Positions 28,445 through 40,773 of a stretch of DNA of 64,000 bases are shown piece by piece. The stretch is taken from contig OZ024760.1 in assembly GCA_964016885.1 (NCBI GenBank), positions 20,894,001 through 20,958,000 of the forward strand. Reading direction: 5' to 3'. The stretch's first letter is position 1. Each line of letters begins with the position of its first letter. Below the pieces are notes generated by a model. It saw nothing but the letters and a program-made list of their open reading frames with translations, was not told the DNA's origin and did no database searches. The DNA comes from Eledone cirrhosa. Its lineage: Eukaryota. The translations under genes were made by a program, and so were the position numbers.

Positions 28445-28710
28445 CTTAAGCCAGAAGGCTCATTTAGCTGGTGCTTATCCCAGTTTCATGGCACGAAGTG
28501 ACTGAGAGTTCAAGACTTCCTCCTGGACAGGACGCCAGTCCATTACAGGGTTAAACCTCCCGTTATTGCTGGTATTCATTTTCAACTGAGTATACTGGAA
28601 CAACGTGAAATGAAGTGTTTTGCTCAAGAACACAACACGCAACCCAGGAATGAACCCACGACATTATGATTGTAAGTCCAACACCCTGACCACTAGGCCA
28701 CGTGCTCCAC
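28445..28710 (-). mobile_element. tRNA-derived SINE with A-like core and a different 3' half, nested in a piggyBac-like MITE
   Basis: Head GGAGCACGTGGCCTAGTGGTCAGGG...GGGTTCATTCC and core TTGAGCAAAACACTT. Confidence 0.7.
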
Positions 28711-28815
28711 AATAGTATATATAGAGTAATGTAAATGCTAATGGGTTTAAAATAAAATTTTGCCAGGGACATATTAGCAAAATTTAATAAGCAGGGGGAT
28801 TGGAATAATGGAATA

Positions 28816-28849
<34 letters not shown>

Positions 28850-29109
28850 CTTAATAAGTGGGTGGTGGGGGGGGGGATTATTGGAGACCAGAGAATACAT
28901 CATACATCATACTTTATAGTGAAATCTATATCAACACAACATTTCTGCAAAGTCTCTAGCATCTGTATAGTTACTTAAAACTTTCAACAGTCAACAACCA
29001 AAATTTGATGTAAACTAAGTCAGAATAACTAAACACATTCCGTTGTTAAATTCCAACACAATAAATATATGTTTTCATGTATGAAATGAAGGTTCTCATG
29101 TTATATGAC

Positions 29110-29547
29110 CAGCGTTTCTCAACCGGTGTTCTCCGGAACCCTAGGATTCCGCAAGAGGTCGCTAGGGGTTCCGCGAGAACCAGTGATAAATAAACTAATG
29201 TATTTTAAAAAGTAATTTTTGTTTAATTTTATATTCGTAATTTTACTATACATTTACGGTATATTGTCGGAAAATCCTTGTTTATTTTAAGAAAGGCTTC
29301 AACCTCTTATATTATTTAAAACTAGGTTAACTTTGCCTTTCATCTTTACGGGGTGGATAAAATAAAGTACCAGTAATGCACTGGGTGATTGCTGGCCTTG
29401 TGCCAAAAGTAGAAACAATTATTTAAAACTAGGTCAATATAAGAGATAGATATTAATAATGGTATATAATAATTTTTATGTAGGGGTTCCCTGAGACATG
29501 AACCTATTTCAAGGGTTCCACAAGGGTAAAAAGGTTGAGAAACGCTG
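29110..29547. mobile_element. hAT (Charlie-like) MITE with a nested SINE B fragment
   Basis: TIR CAGCGTTTCTCAACC / GGTTGAGAAACGCTG and imperfect 8-bp TSD tatatgac/attatgac. The inner SINE piece is flanked by duplicated TTATTTAAAACTAGG. Confidence 0.8.
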
Positions 29548-29654
29548 ATTATGACTCTCCCCTCTACCAAAATTGTTCGCCTTGTGCCTGAATCAGAAAC
29601 CTTTATTATTATTATTATTGATAAAGAAATCATTATTATTATTATTGTTGTTTC

Positions 29655-30083
29655 TACTACTACCATCACTAACACTACTATTAATAACACTACTACCACC
29701 ACCACCACCACCACCACTACTACCATCACTATTACTACTACCACCACTAACACTACCACCACCACTGCTACCATCACTAACACTACCACCACCAACATTA
29801 TTACCACCACTACTACTACTACTATCATCACTAACACTATCACCACCACCACTATTACCACCCCCACCACCATTAACACCACCACTACTACTACTATCAC
29901 TAACACTACCACCACTACTACGATCATCACTAACACTACCACCACCACCACTATTACCACCCCCACCACCATTAACACCACCACTACTACTACTATCACT
30001 AACACCACCACTACTACTAGTACTACCATCATCACTAACACTACCACCACCACCACCACTATTTCCACCACCACCACCACCAA
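29655..30083. repeat. ACC/ACT trinucleotide low-complexity tract; similar tracts at 14655-14820 and 44800-45297
   Basis: Direct inspection. Confidence 0.9.
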
Positions 30084-32184
30084 TGTCTAGGCAGATACTG
30101 CAGGAGTGCTTGCCATATCTGCTTCCCAAGTGATGTTTATTGTAAACAAGGTTTGTAGCAATTAATATATATCAGTGTCCAGGACAGCAGAAATTCTAGG
30201 TTTTACTTTCATTATAGACTAAATAGAATGAAATAGTTATACTAGTTTAACTATTTTATTGTATGGCCCCCATGTAAGTCTGGAGAGAGTTGTAGGGAGG
30301 CCGACCTGCAGTGTTTCTAGGGCATCTTTTAAACCTGGTGGAGCCCATCTCCTCTCCAGGTCTGAAGTCAGCAGATTTCTTCCAAAGAAGGATAGAGAGA
30401 ATGAGAGAATAGAAGCAAGAAAATGATATATAAAGGAAGAATTGATCCCAGTATTATACTGGTACTTTTTTTTATCAACCTTGAATGGATGAATGGCTAA
30501 GTTGAACTGTGTGTAGTAGTGGCGCCCACACACATTATTAGCTATTTGAAAAGATGATGGATTTCGCAACTAACTGCACCAGGGTTCCTGTTCCTCAGGG
30601 AACCACACTATATGGTATACCTGTTGATATAGGTCCAGCCCCTGCTTTCCCGGGTCCTGTTTCTGATCATAATGATCTCTAGGGATACGGGAATCAGTAG
30701 ACAGGACCTGGGGGCAGCGATGGGGGACAGGGAATTCTGGGGCATGAGAGTGAGATCCATCATCTCGACAGTAGTCGAAGAATGATGATGATGAAGTTGA
30801 CCTCGGTGGAATTTAAACTCAGAGAGAAGAGAGCTGAAATGAATAAAGTGAAAGCATTCTATTCAACGTTTTAACGACTGCTAATTCGCTGTCCAGCCAT
30901 TTCATTACCATATGTTTAATGAAATACGCTGCCTATGTCATTAACCTTTTCATTACCATATTTCTAATGAAATACACAGCCTATGATTCTCAAATAATTT
31001 TGAAAAGAATCTAGAATTTTGTGGGATTTTGTAATATAACTAACTACATTATTAAGTTGGTATTTGTGACAGATTGACAAATGTTCTAACATAAAATTAT
31101 GATGGAAGGTTTTAGATAAATATAGACACTTTAACACTTTTATTACTATATTTCAGGGTTTTTTAACAGCTTAAAGGTTCTAACATAAATTTATGATGGA
31201 AGGTTTTTAGATTAATATAAACACTAACCCTTTTGTTACCATATTTCTAATGAAAGATATTGTCTATGGTTTTCAAATAATTTTGAAAATAATCAAGACT
31301 TTGGAAAGATTTATTAATCATAACTTCTCATTATTAAACTGGTGTTTGAAACATAACTTAAGGGTACTTACATAAAATTATGATGGAAGGTTTTTAGATA
31401 AATATAAACACTTTAAACAAACAGCTCTGTATCATAGCACCACTGGTTTCAGATCTGATAGGTCTAATATTTATTACAGACTTATTAAAATCAATAAACT
31501 TGGAGTTGTATTTGTTTAATAAGTGACTTATTCTTCACTCCAGAAATTGTAGACTTCACTTTTCATTATAGATTTAGTAAAGATATAGACTAGTTAATAC
31601 AGTTAATATAAAGTATTGTGAGATATGTAATAAATGGCTGATAAGTTCCTGAAAGCTGGTACAATGCAATATAAAGGACAAAGGATGACAAATAAAACAA
31701 AGTAATGTTTTAGCCAGTATATTTAAACATGATATTTCAGGGCTATAATTATCTTTTCAAATCTGGACCAATTATGGAAGAATACATCGACTGTTCATTT
31801 TGTTTTAAACTGTCTTTGTTTTTGCATTTGAAAAGAGGGTATTAGCCCTGAAATATTATGTTGAAATACACTGGATAAAAACATTAATTTGTTTTGTTTT
31901 ATTTGTCATTCTTTGTCCTTGATATATTTCTACCATATTGTACTGTCTTTCTGAAATACTTAGCTCATTCATTAATTAACCCATTGATGCAAATTCACCT
32001 CAAACAACCCCTGGTTCTACAAAACGAAACTGCTTGTTTAAAAACCTTTCTTCGTAATTTCATGTAAGAACCTTTGTTAAGTTATGTTCCAAACACCAGC
32101 ATAACCCTTTTGATACTGTTTATTTTAAAGTGTTTATATTTCTCTAACCTCATCCATCATAATTTAGTTATGTTCCAAAGACTT

Positions 32185-32570
32185 CACAGGCAACAGAATG
32201 TGCAACCAAACCACCGAGGATGAGTAGCAATATTTGGAGAGAATTAATCTGGCAGGAGATCAGAGAGTTGCTCCAGGTAGAGCCACTACTGCTCCAAATT
32301 GAGAGATCACAGCTCCGATACTTTGGGCATGTGGTTAGAATGTCTCAGGAAAGAATCACTGGACAAATTTTACAGGCAAAACTAACTAACAGGAGACCCA
32401 GAGCAAGCTGGTTAAATAATATCCATAAGCTTAGCTGGTCTCTTTTGGGGATCCAGTAGGATCAATTGGAGACAGTTACTTCTAACAGACGACCTGGAAG
32501 GTGTACTTGAGGACTCTGCTCCCATGATACTTCCAGGAATAAGTGAGCAAAGAAGGAGGAGGAGGAGGAT
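32185..32570 (+). mobile_element. RTE LINE 3' fragment
   Basis: IRELLQVEPLLLQIERSQLRYFGHVVRM...RRPRASW motif. Confidence 0.75.
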
Positions 32571-32579
32571 GGGGCCCAA

Positions 32580-32908
32580 AAATCTAATGTACAAGGATGG
32601 AGGACATGGCTTTTGGCAAAATTGGTGAAATAATGCCAGTTTTCCTTTAAGCCTATTGCTCTGATTGACCATGTTTTGTAGACATATAAAACGGTGGTGT
32701 GAACGAACACTCCATAGATGAAAACTTTGTGGCCAGATGGATCTCTGACAAAGATTTCAGCAGGCTTTTGAAGACAATGGAATACACTGCACATAGAATT
32801 GGTGCAGACATTTATCTCGTCCATCTTTGCTATAACTTGTAGTAGTGAATGTAGTGCCAAAATACAGATCAACATCTTCAAAAGTCTCACCATTGGATAT
32901 GCCGATAA
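32580..32908 (-). mobile_element. Degenerate RTE-like RT C-terminal fragment
   Basis: NGETFEDVDLYFGTT and KVFIYGVFVHTTVLYVYKTW (different frames) resemble RTE NGE..E.V..F.YLGS and K..IY...V...LLYG.ETW. Confidence 0.5.
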
Positions 32909-33164
32909 TGTGTGTGTGTGTGTATGTGTGTGTGCGTGCGTGCGTGTGCGTGCGTGCGTGCGTGTGCGTGTGTGTGAGAATCCTGGGTTCAATAGGGGGT
33001 AACCACAGTAAGTAAGGTACTCAATACATAGCAGAGTATAAATATTTAATATAGAAATGGTTTCTACAGGACTAGAACTGTTTTATTTTGAGGAATGAAA
33101 CAGTTCTAGTCCTGTAAAAAACATTCCTATATTGAATTATTTATATATATATATATTGATTTAT

Positions 33165-33668
33165 AGGGACGACATGATAAAGTCCGACCTTGCACACTTG
33201 CACCTCTCTAAGACAATGTCACTGGATCGAGATCTTTGGCGCCACGCAGTATTACAGAAGACCTGCCTTCCCTACGTGCAAAGTTAACCTACAATCAGTA
33301 GCCCCCACCCCAAACCAAACATACACTGCAACCCACTACCCTACTCAGGCCAACACCACCCTTTCTCCGTAAAGTTATGTTGGTACCACAACATCCAGTC
33401 CAAACTAATGAGATTGTGTAGGTGTGACGATGAAAAAACACAGTCCACGCTGTAATGTGGCCGTGGAGGTAACACGGTAAAAAGTTCCCAGTCCACACTG
33501 AACGTGGTTGGTGTTAGGAAGGGCATCCAGCCGTAGAAAACCTGCCAGATAGTCCTATACAAGCGAGAAAAGGTCACCCAACCAATCTTGCCTCAAGTGG
33601 GACAACCCCCGTCTAACCCATCCTAGCGTGGAAGATAGACGTTAAATGATGATGATGATAATGATGAT
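33165..33668 (+). mobile_element. RTE LINE 3' end, same family as 53757-54615
   Basis: Near-match to the reverse complement of 53760-54240 (SDL.HLHLSKTMSLDRDLWR.AV.QKT plus UTR and (GAT)n tail). Confidence 0.8.
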
Positions 33669-33680
33669 ATATATATATAT

Positions 33681-34070
33681 GGAGGCACATGGCTTAGTAG
33701 TTAGAGAATTAGCCTTGCAATCGAAAGGTTGTGAGTTCAATTCTCAGACCGGGTGATGTGTTGTTTACTTGAGCAAGACACTTTATTTCACATTGCTCCA
33801 GTTTACTCAGCTGTAGAAATGAGATGATAGGGACTGGGGTCCATATCATTCCACTGCAAAGTGGTCGTGGAGGTGCCACGGAAAAAAAGCACCCAGCACT
33901 CACTGTAAATGAGGTTGGTGTTAGGAAGGGCATCCAGCTGTAGAAATCAAGCCAGAATCAGTTCCTGTCCAACCCTTGCAAGCAGGGAAAAAGCGGACGT
34001 AAAAAATGAAATGAAATGAAATGAAATGAAAATATATATATATATGAAATGAAATGAAATGAAATGAATT
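33681..34070 (+). mobile_element. tRNA-derived SINE family A (full copy)
   Basis: Head GGAGGCACATGGCTTAGT.GTTAGAG (A box) ... GAGTTCAATTCTC (B box), TTGAGCAAGACACTT core, and tail GCAAGCAGGGAAAAAGCGGACGTAAAA(ATGAA)n. More than 10 copies in the window. Confidence 0.9.
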
Positions 34071-35347
34071 GAAAATATATGTGTGTGTGTGTGTGCGTAT
34101 GTGCGTGCGTGTGTGTGTATACTGGTGATAGTGTAGTATTAAGCTGTGATAGATAAAAAGTAACAGCAATGTGTTACAACATAGAATGTGAGAGTGAGAG
34201 TAACTATAAGTGTGACTTAACATATACAGCACTACCGAAGTCACTAAAATCTCATTTACATACAATGACAGCAAAAGTGTAAAAACGGATTTAGATAGAT
34301 ACCTTGAAATCCCCAAGAATATAGTTCGGCAGTTTAAATAATGCAAAGGAACAATGATATAATGTTAAAATTTGAAAGACTTTTTTGAAATATTGGACAA
34401 CAAATACAAACTGTCACCAAATATTGAATAGAAATCAATGAGTTTAATAGATATTGAATAGAGGACACCAATGGCTTTCGAAAATATGTACAATATTTAG
34501 GGTTGGAAGGATGTGGTGGGGGTGGGTGGAAGGATGTGGGGGGTGAATGGAAGGATGGGGGCAGAAGAATGGGGAGGGCGTTGACAGCTGGATTCATTCA
34601 TATGAAGAATAATTTATGGAAATATATTAAATAATGAAAGTAACTAAAGCTTCTTCTGTCTCTCTCTCTCTCTCTTGTGTGTGTTTGGCTGTTGTGTGTG
34701 GTGTCTCAGTGTAAAGCTGCTTATTGGCACATGTGAAATGTAGGACCTCGTAGCCAGTAATAGGCCCAGGCCAGATGTGAAATGTAGGACCTCGTAGCCA
34801 GTAATAGGCCCAGGCCAGATGTGAAATGTAGGGCCTCATAGCCAGTAATAGGAAAGGCATCCAGCCTTAGAAAACCTGCCAGATAGTCCTATACGAGCAA
34901 GATACGGTCACCCGACCAATTCTGCCTCAAATTGGGGACAACTCCCATCTAACCCATGCTAGCGTGGAAGATAGACATTAAACGATGATGATGATGTGTG
35001 TGTGTATAACAATGATGTCACAATATAGCTATGATGACACTTCTTTGTGTGTGTGTGAGTGTGTAGGGGGTGTAAGTGTGTGTGTGTGTTTCTGCATATA
35101 CACATACATATATGTATATAAGTCCTTCAGGTTTTGACTAATGAATGTCACTCTGTCCACTCTATCTCTTACTCTACTTCCACCCTCCTTTTTTCACTTA
35201 CATATTTCCTTTGATGTCTGTATTAGTTTCAAGCTGACACACAGACACAATATATAACACAACCTAATATAGGTTATGTGTGTGTGTACATACAGTCACT
35301 TTTTCTGTCTGTAGGGTACTCTATTGTACACATTTTCTAAGCACACA

Positions 35348-35383
<36 letters not shown>

Positions 35384-35390
35384 TATATAT

Positions 35391-35733
35391 ATCATCATCA
35401 TTTTACGTCCGCTTTTTCCCTGCTTGCAAGGGTGAGACGGGAACTGATTCTGGCTTGATTTCTACAGCTGGATGCTCTTCCTAACACCAACCTCATTTAC
35501 AGTGAGTGCTGGGTGCTTTTTTGCCATGGCACCTCCACGACCACTTTGCAGTGGTCTTAGAAATGAGATGATAGGGACCCCAGTCCCTATCATCTCATTT
35601 CTACAGCTAAGGAAACTGGAGCAATGTGAAATAAAGTGTCTTGCTCAAGGAAACAACACATCGCCCGGTCTGAGAATTGAACTCACTACCTTTAGATTGC
35701 AAGCCAATGCTCTAACCACTAAGCCATGCGCCT

Positions 35734-35736
<3 letters not shown>
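35391..35736 (-). mobile_element. SINE family A
   Basis: Full copy between (TA)n tracts. Confidence 0.9.
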
Positions 35737-35796
<60 letters not shown>

Positions 35797-35924
35797 TACC
35801 CCTCACCTCTCAAAGTCAATGACACACGACCGTGACCTCTGGCGTCACGCAGTAATACAGGGTACCCGACCTCCCATGGGTACATGCTGAAGCATATAAA
35901 CAATATGCCCCCCCCCCCCACCGC

Positions 35925-36184
35925 AAGGTGGTCGTGGAGGTGCCACGGCAAAAAAGCACCCAGCCCACACTGTAAAGTGGACGTGTAGGCGCCACGAAAA
36001 AGCACCCAGCACTCACTGTAAATGAGGTTGGTGTTAGGAAGGGCATCCAGCTGTAGAAATCAAGCCAGATCAGTTCCTGTATGAGCAAGGCATGGTCAGC
36101 CGACCAGACACTGCCCACAACAGGACAACCCGTCTAACCCATGCTAGCGTGGAAGAACGGACGTAAAACGGTGATGATGATGAT
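35925..36184 (+). mobile_element. SINE A-related 3' part with long RTE-type tail
   Basis: Ends AACCCATGCTAGCGTGGAAGAACGGACGTAAAACGGTGATGATG; similar copies at 44340-44565, 55437-55645 and 62390-62530(-). Confidence 0.75.
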
Positions 36185-36235
36185 ATATATATATATATAC
36201 ACACATATATATACATATGCATATATATATATATG

Positions 36236-38330
36236 TTTCCATTTATTAATATGTTGTGTATTTACTCCACTAACCAGTTGAGTGCTTTATATCAGTTCTA
36301 AAAAATTTTAAGCTTGTTGAATCCCAACAAATTAAATACCTCTGCATATATTAGGCTCCTTTATTGTTGAGCGCTTTAAATTGTAACTGATTAAAAATGG
36401 AATTCTTTAGGATATCTTCTTCTCTAAAAGACATACCTTTACCTAAGAATAAGGACTTTCTAAAACAACTTATCAAAAAATCGGGCTCGTTTATAAGAAG
36501 ACTTAGATGGCGTGCTTTTCATTTCAATAAAAAATCTGATGCGAAAGAAAATATTTCCAATCTTGATAGAATCTTCAAATCCCAAAAGAATCCATCCTTC
36601 CAACAAACTATTAATGGAATTTGAAAATGAGATTATTTCTATCATACAAAACATTAAATTTAAGAAAAACCACTTCGTAGGCCAGGATTACCTCAAATGT
36701 CTCAAAAATAATATAGAAAACTTTGAAAAAACGGAAAAAATTCTTGTTAAATCAGATAAAACCAACAATCTTTACGAAATGCAAAAGGATGATTACAATA
36801 ATCTTATATTGAAGGAATTAAGGAAAAATTACAAAAGAGCAACCAATGATGACCTTGAAAGACTAAATACTGAAGCTTCTTATATAATGCAGGAATTAGG
36901 CATCGAAAATAGGACTCAACCCTTCATACCTAGAAAACCAAAAATTAATTTGAAGGACCATAAAAGAAATTTTGAAATTGAATTACCAGTTAGACTGATT
37001 GCACCATCTAAATCGGACCTTGGCATACTTAGCAAGAATATTTTAGATAGAATCATACCACACATCTTAAGGAAATATCTTATTTAAAATTATGGAATTG
37101 GACTAATGAAGTTATTGACTGGTTTAAGGACATTAAATATAAACATAACAATAAATTCATTCAATTGGATATTGCTAATTATTACTCATCTATCACTCCT
37201 AATTTACCTAATAAAGCCCTTACATATGCATTTAAATATACTGATTTAACTAGCAATGAAATGCACATTATCTTAACTGCACGTAAAACATTAATTAAAT
37301 TTAGCAACCACCTTTGGACTAGAGCAGACAGAGATAACAATTTTGATATCACTATGGGGTCATCGGACTCGGTGCAATTAACAGATCTTGTGGGGCTTTT
37401 TATTAACAATACTTTACATAGGAAAATACCGGAGATGACCGGTGGTTTATATCGTGACGATATGCTATTACTTATTGAAAATAATAATAATTGTGAAATA
37501 AATAGGAAAAGAAAAGAAATTATACAATTTTTTAATAGCATTAATCTTAAAGTAGAAGTAGAGAATAATTATAAAATAGTTAATTTTTTAGATGTAACTT
37601 TAAACCTTAACACTGGTCTTTATTATCCATTTCATAAAATCAATGAGAATTTAAACTATGTTAACTTTAATTCCAATCACCCCAGATCCGTTAAAAACAC
37701 TATTGTAAATTCTGTGCAGCAACGTATTTCTAGAATTTCAGCGAATAAAAATATATTTGAAGATAAGGCACAATATTATAACGAAGCGTTAAGTAGAGCA
37801 GGCTATAGTAATGAAATTAAATACATTGATAATAAGGACGCATTCGATTCCAGGTGTCTGCGAAAGATCCTGGGGATTAAATGGAGTGACCATGTAACAA
37901 ACCAGGAAGTCAGGAACCGCACCAACCAGCAGCTGGTCTCTTCTGCCACCTGCAAGCGACGCCTGGGCTGGTTTGGGCACGCTTTGAGACTTCCCCCGGA
38001 GAGACTGGCGAACCAAGTACTTAAATGGAACCCACAGGGAAGCAGACGGAGAGGGCGACCCAAAATGAACTGGCGCCAGACAGTTGAGAGGGACCTGCGA
38101 GCGACAAACAGACAATGGCGGGACGCTGTGCAACTGGCTGCTGACCGAACGTGGTGGAACACTATGATTGCCTCATGCGTCGCAAGACGCGGGAGCTTCT
38201 GAGTCTGAGTCTGATAATAAGGATGTGCCAATTAACCATAATTATAAATATAATTATAATAGGAAACCTTGCACTAACTCAAAAATCAAAACACACAGAG
38301 GTTTGGATAGACTCTCATGAGAATTATTTC
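36236..38330 (+). mobile_element. Decayed Penelope-like retroelement: leader plus RT ORF from 36397, with frameshift near 36540, a break near 37085 and no GIY-YIG visible
   Basis: N-terminal SLKDIPLP...FIRRLRWRAFHF, KSDKTNNLY (DKG-type motif), LDIANYYSSI, FDITMGSSDS, GLYRDDML, VNFLDVTLNL and YVNFNSNHP...QRISRIS are PLE RT/thumb motifs. The element starts directly after a (TA)n tract. Confidence 0.85.
37839..38211 (+). mobile_element. 5'-truncated RTE-clade LINE inserted into the PLE ORF, with a 12-bp TSD
   Basis: CLRKILGIKWSDHVTNQEV...RRLGWFGHALR...RRRGRPK C-terminus, (CTGAGT)n tail, TGATAATAAGGA duplicated at 37827-37838 and 38212-38223, and an abrupt GC rise. Confidence 0.9.
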
Positions 38331-38455
38331 CTATTTCTGTAAGTAACAACAAATTACTTAAACATTTAATTCCTACTTAAATACTTGAAATATCTGAAGT
38401 AGTCAAAATCACATTTTTCCTTTTTAGATATTAAAATATTGAGTGCATCCTTTAA

Positions 38456-38663
38456 CCCTTTAGCACTTAAACCAGCCGTATCCAACCAGAATTCTTTCAC
38501 ATCTTCCTGTTCAAAACAACCGTAAGAAGCAACTCATACTGGCGTTAAGGTATTGTTCTCAAAATAAATAATATCAAAATCTCATAGATTTGATATTATG
38601 TGAGATAAAACCTTTACCGTTAAAATACAATAGTAAATATAGAGTAATGTAAATGCTAAAGGG
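38456..38663. mobile_element. piggyBac-like MITE
   Basis: TTAA|CCCTTTAGCA...TGCTAAAGGG|TTAA; related copies at 25992-26192 and about 28250-28746. Confidence 0.8.
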
Positions 38664-38713
38664 TTAATAATGCTATTAAGATTTCAGAAGGTTTATTTGA
38701 ATATTGAACATAA

Positions 38714-39021
38714 AGGCACATGGCTTAGTGGTTAGAGCATTGGCCTTGCAATCGAAAGGTTGTGAGTTCAATTCTCAGACAGGGTGATGTGTTGTTTCCT
38801 TGAGCAAGACACTTTATTTCACATTGCTCCAGTTTATTCAGCTGTAGAAATGAGATGATAGGGACTGGGGTCCATATCATTCCACTGTGTAGTGGTCGTG
38901 CAGGTGCCACGGCAAAAAAAGCACCCAGCACTCACTGTAAATGAGGTTGGAAATCAAGCCAGAATCAGTTCCCGTTCCACCCTTGCAAGCAGGGAAAGGC
39001 GGACGTAAAAATGATGATGAT
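38714..39021 (+). mobile_element. SINE family A
   Basis: Head, core and tail. Confidence 0.85.
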
Positions 39022-39059
39022 AAGCAAATAAAAACAGTACTCACTATACAAGAGTTACA

Positions 39060-39460
39060 TTGAAAATTTAAGTGTCTTTTGTAGTAATTAAAACAGGAGG
39101 AAAAGGCAAGGCTCTAATATGACAGAGGAGGGGTGATGGGCTCTGGGACTTGTGGCAGTACTGAGGCTGTGCCCTGCAGACAATACTGAAAAAGCACTCC
39201 CACTAACAATGGCCAGCAACACTCACTGCAACAGCCACCCCCACCTCATGGGGCTCCCTCCTGAGATGGGCTGCTGACCGATCTTGCAGAGGAGCTCAGT
39301 AGTACAGGGTCCAAGTACTCCTGAGGTCTCAATGGTGACCATTGAGAAGAGGAAGCGGTCGGACAATCCCTGGTATTTCTTTATCTTCCTATCCTCTGCA
39401 TTGTGGGCCGTAGTACCAGGGTTTGTGGCCAAAGCAACTAAGTTGGAGGCGAAGAACATG
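39060..39460 (-). mobile_element. CRE-like (restriction-like endonuclease) non-LTR retrotransposon 3' fragment
   Basis: AEDRKIKKY...F..VTIETSGVLGP...LLCKIG...WLLQ motif, with a second related copy at 61463-61700. Confidence 0.65.
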
Positions 39461-40331
39461 TCAACAAAATGTCCATCAGTTACTCATTCATGCCTTTTGT
39501 TACCATATTTATAAAGCTGGTGTTTGGAACACAACTTAATAAAGGTTCTTACATAAAGTTATGATACGCCTTAAATAAATATACTAACATTAACCCTGCC
39601 ATTACAACATTTCTAGTAAAAGACAATGCCTATGATTTTCAAATCCATTTGAAAACAGTCAAGAATTAGGAGGAATGTAGTAATATAACTAACTTTCTCT
39701 TATAGAATTGGTGTTTGGAACATAACTTAACAAAGATTCTTATATAAAATAATGATAGAAGGCTTTTTAGATAAATATATTGTATTGTAGAAACAGGGTC
39801 AGTTTCATGTGGATTGGTATCAAAAGGATTAAAGCTGGTGCTTGGAAGATAAAGGTTCTTACATAAAATTGTGATGGAAGGTTTTTAGATAAATATAAAC
39901 ACTTTAAAACAAACAGTGTTGTATCATTATACCAGGGGCTATTTCAGATGGTTTGGTATAATAACATGCATGGCTTACTGGTTAGAGCGTTGGGCTTGCA
40001 ATTGTGAGATTGTGAGTTTAATTCTCAGACCAGGTGATGCATTGTGTCCTTGAGCAAGACACGTTATTTTACATTGCTTCAGTTCACTCAGCTGTAGAAA
40101 TGAGATGCAACGTCACTGGTACCAAGCTGCATTGGCCTTTGCCTTGGACAACATCATGTGTGTATATTATAGTATGGAGTGAATGTAGTTTATATACATG
40201 TGATATTACGTGTGCCAAGCTGAATCAATCATTGTCTTTCCTTTGGACAACACTGGAGGTGTGGAGAAGGGAGACTGGTATGTAAGGTCCCAGGGTTATT
40301 CGTGATCATAGGGACGGTCTTCACTCTTTTA

Positions 40332-40700
40332 GTAATAATTGTTTCTACTTTTGGCACAAGGCCAGAAATTATTCCAGTGCATTACTGGTTCTTTATTTTA
40401 TCGACCCCGTAAGGATGAAAGGCAAAGTTAACCTCGGCAGGATTTGAACTCAGATCATAAAGGGCCGTAACTCTATGCGTCAAAGCATGGCACCCGACCC
40501 TCTACCGATACTGCCAATCCACCGCCCTATCTTTTAGTAATAATGATTGCTTCTACTATAGACACAAGGCCAGCAATTTGAAAGAGAGGGTAAAGTCTAT
40601 TAAATCGGCTCCATGGCATTACTGGTGCTTTATTTTATCGACCCCGTAAGGATGAAAGGCAAAGCTAACCTCGGTGGGATTTGAACTCAGAATGTAAAGG
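40332..40700 (-). mobile_element. Two adjacent SINE B copies
   Basis: Full copy at 40332-40528 and a variant at 40540-40700. Confidence 0.8.
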
Positions 40701-40773
40701 TGTCCGATGCTGATAATAGTTCAATACCGATTTCTGAATTATTTAAAAATAACTGATTTCTTTATTAATAATT

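Noticed and set aside
33681-33755. tRNA gene
   Set aside because: It is the tRNA-derived head of SINE A, continuing into the SINE core without a complete cloverleaf.
33709-33933. Recurrent MPFLTPTSFTVSAG... ORFs suggesting a gene family
   Set aside because: They are antisense translations of SINE A copies.
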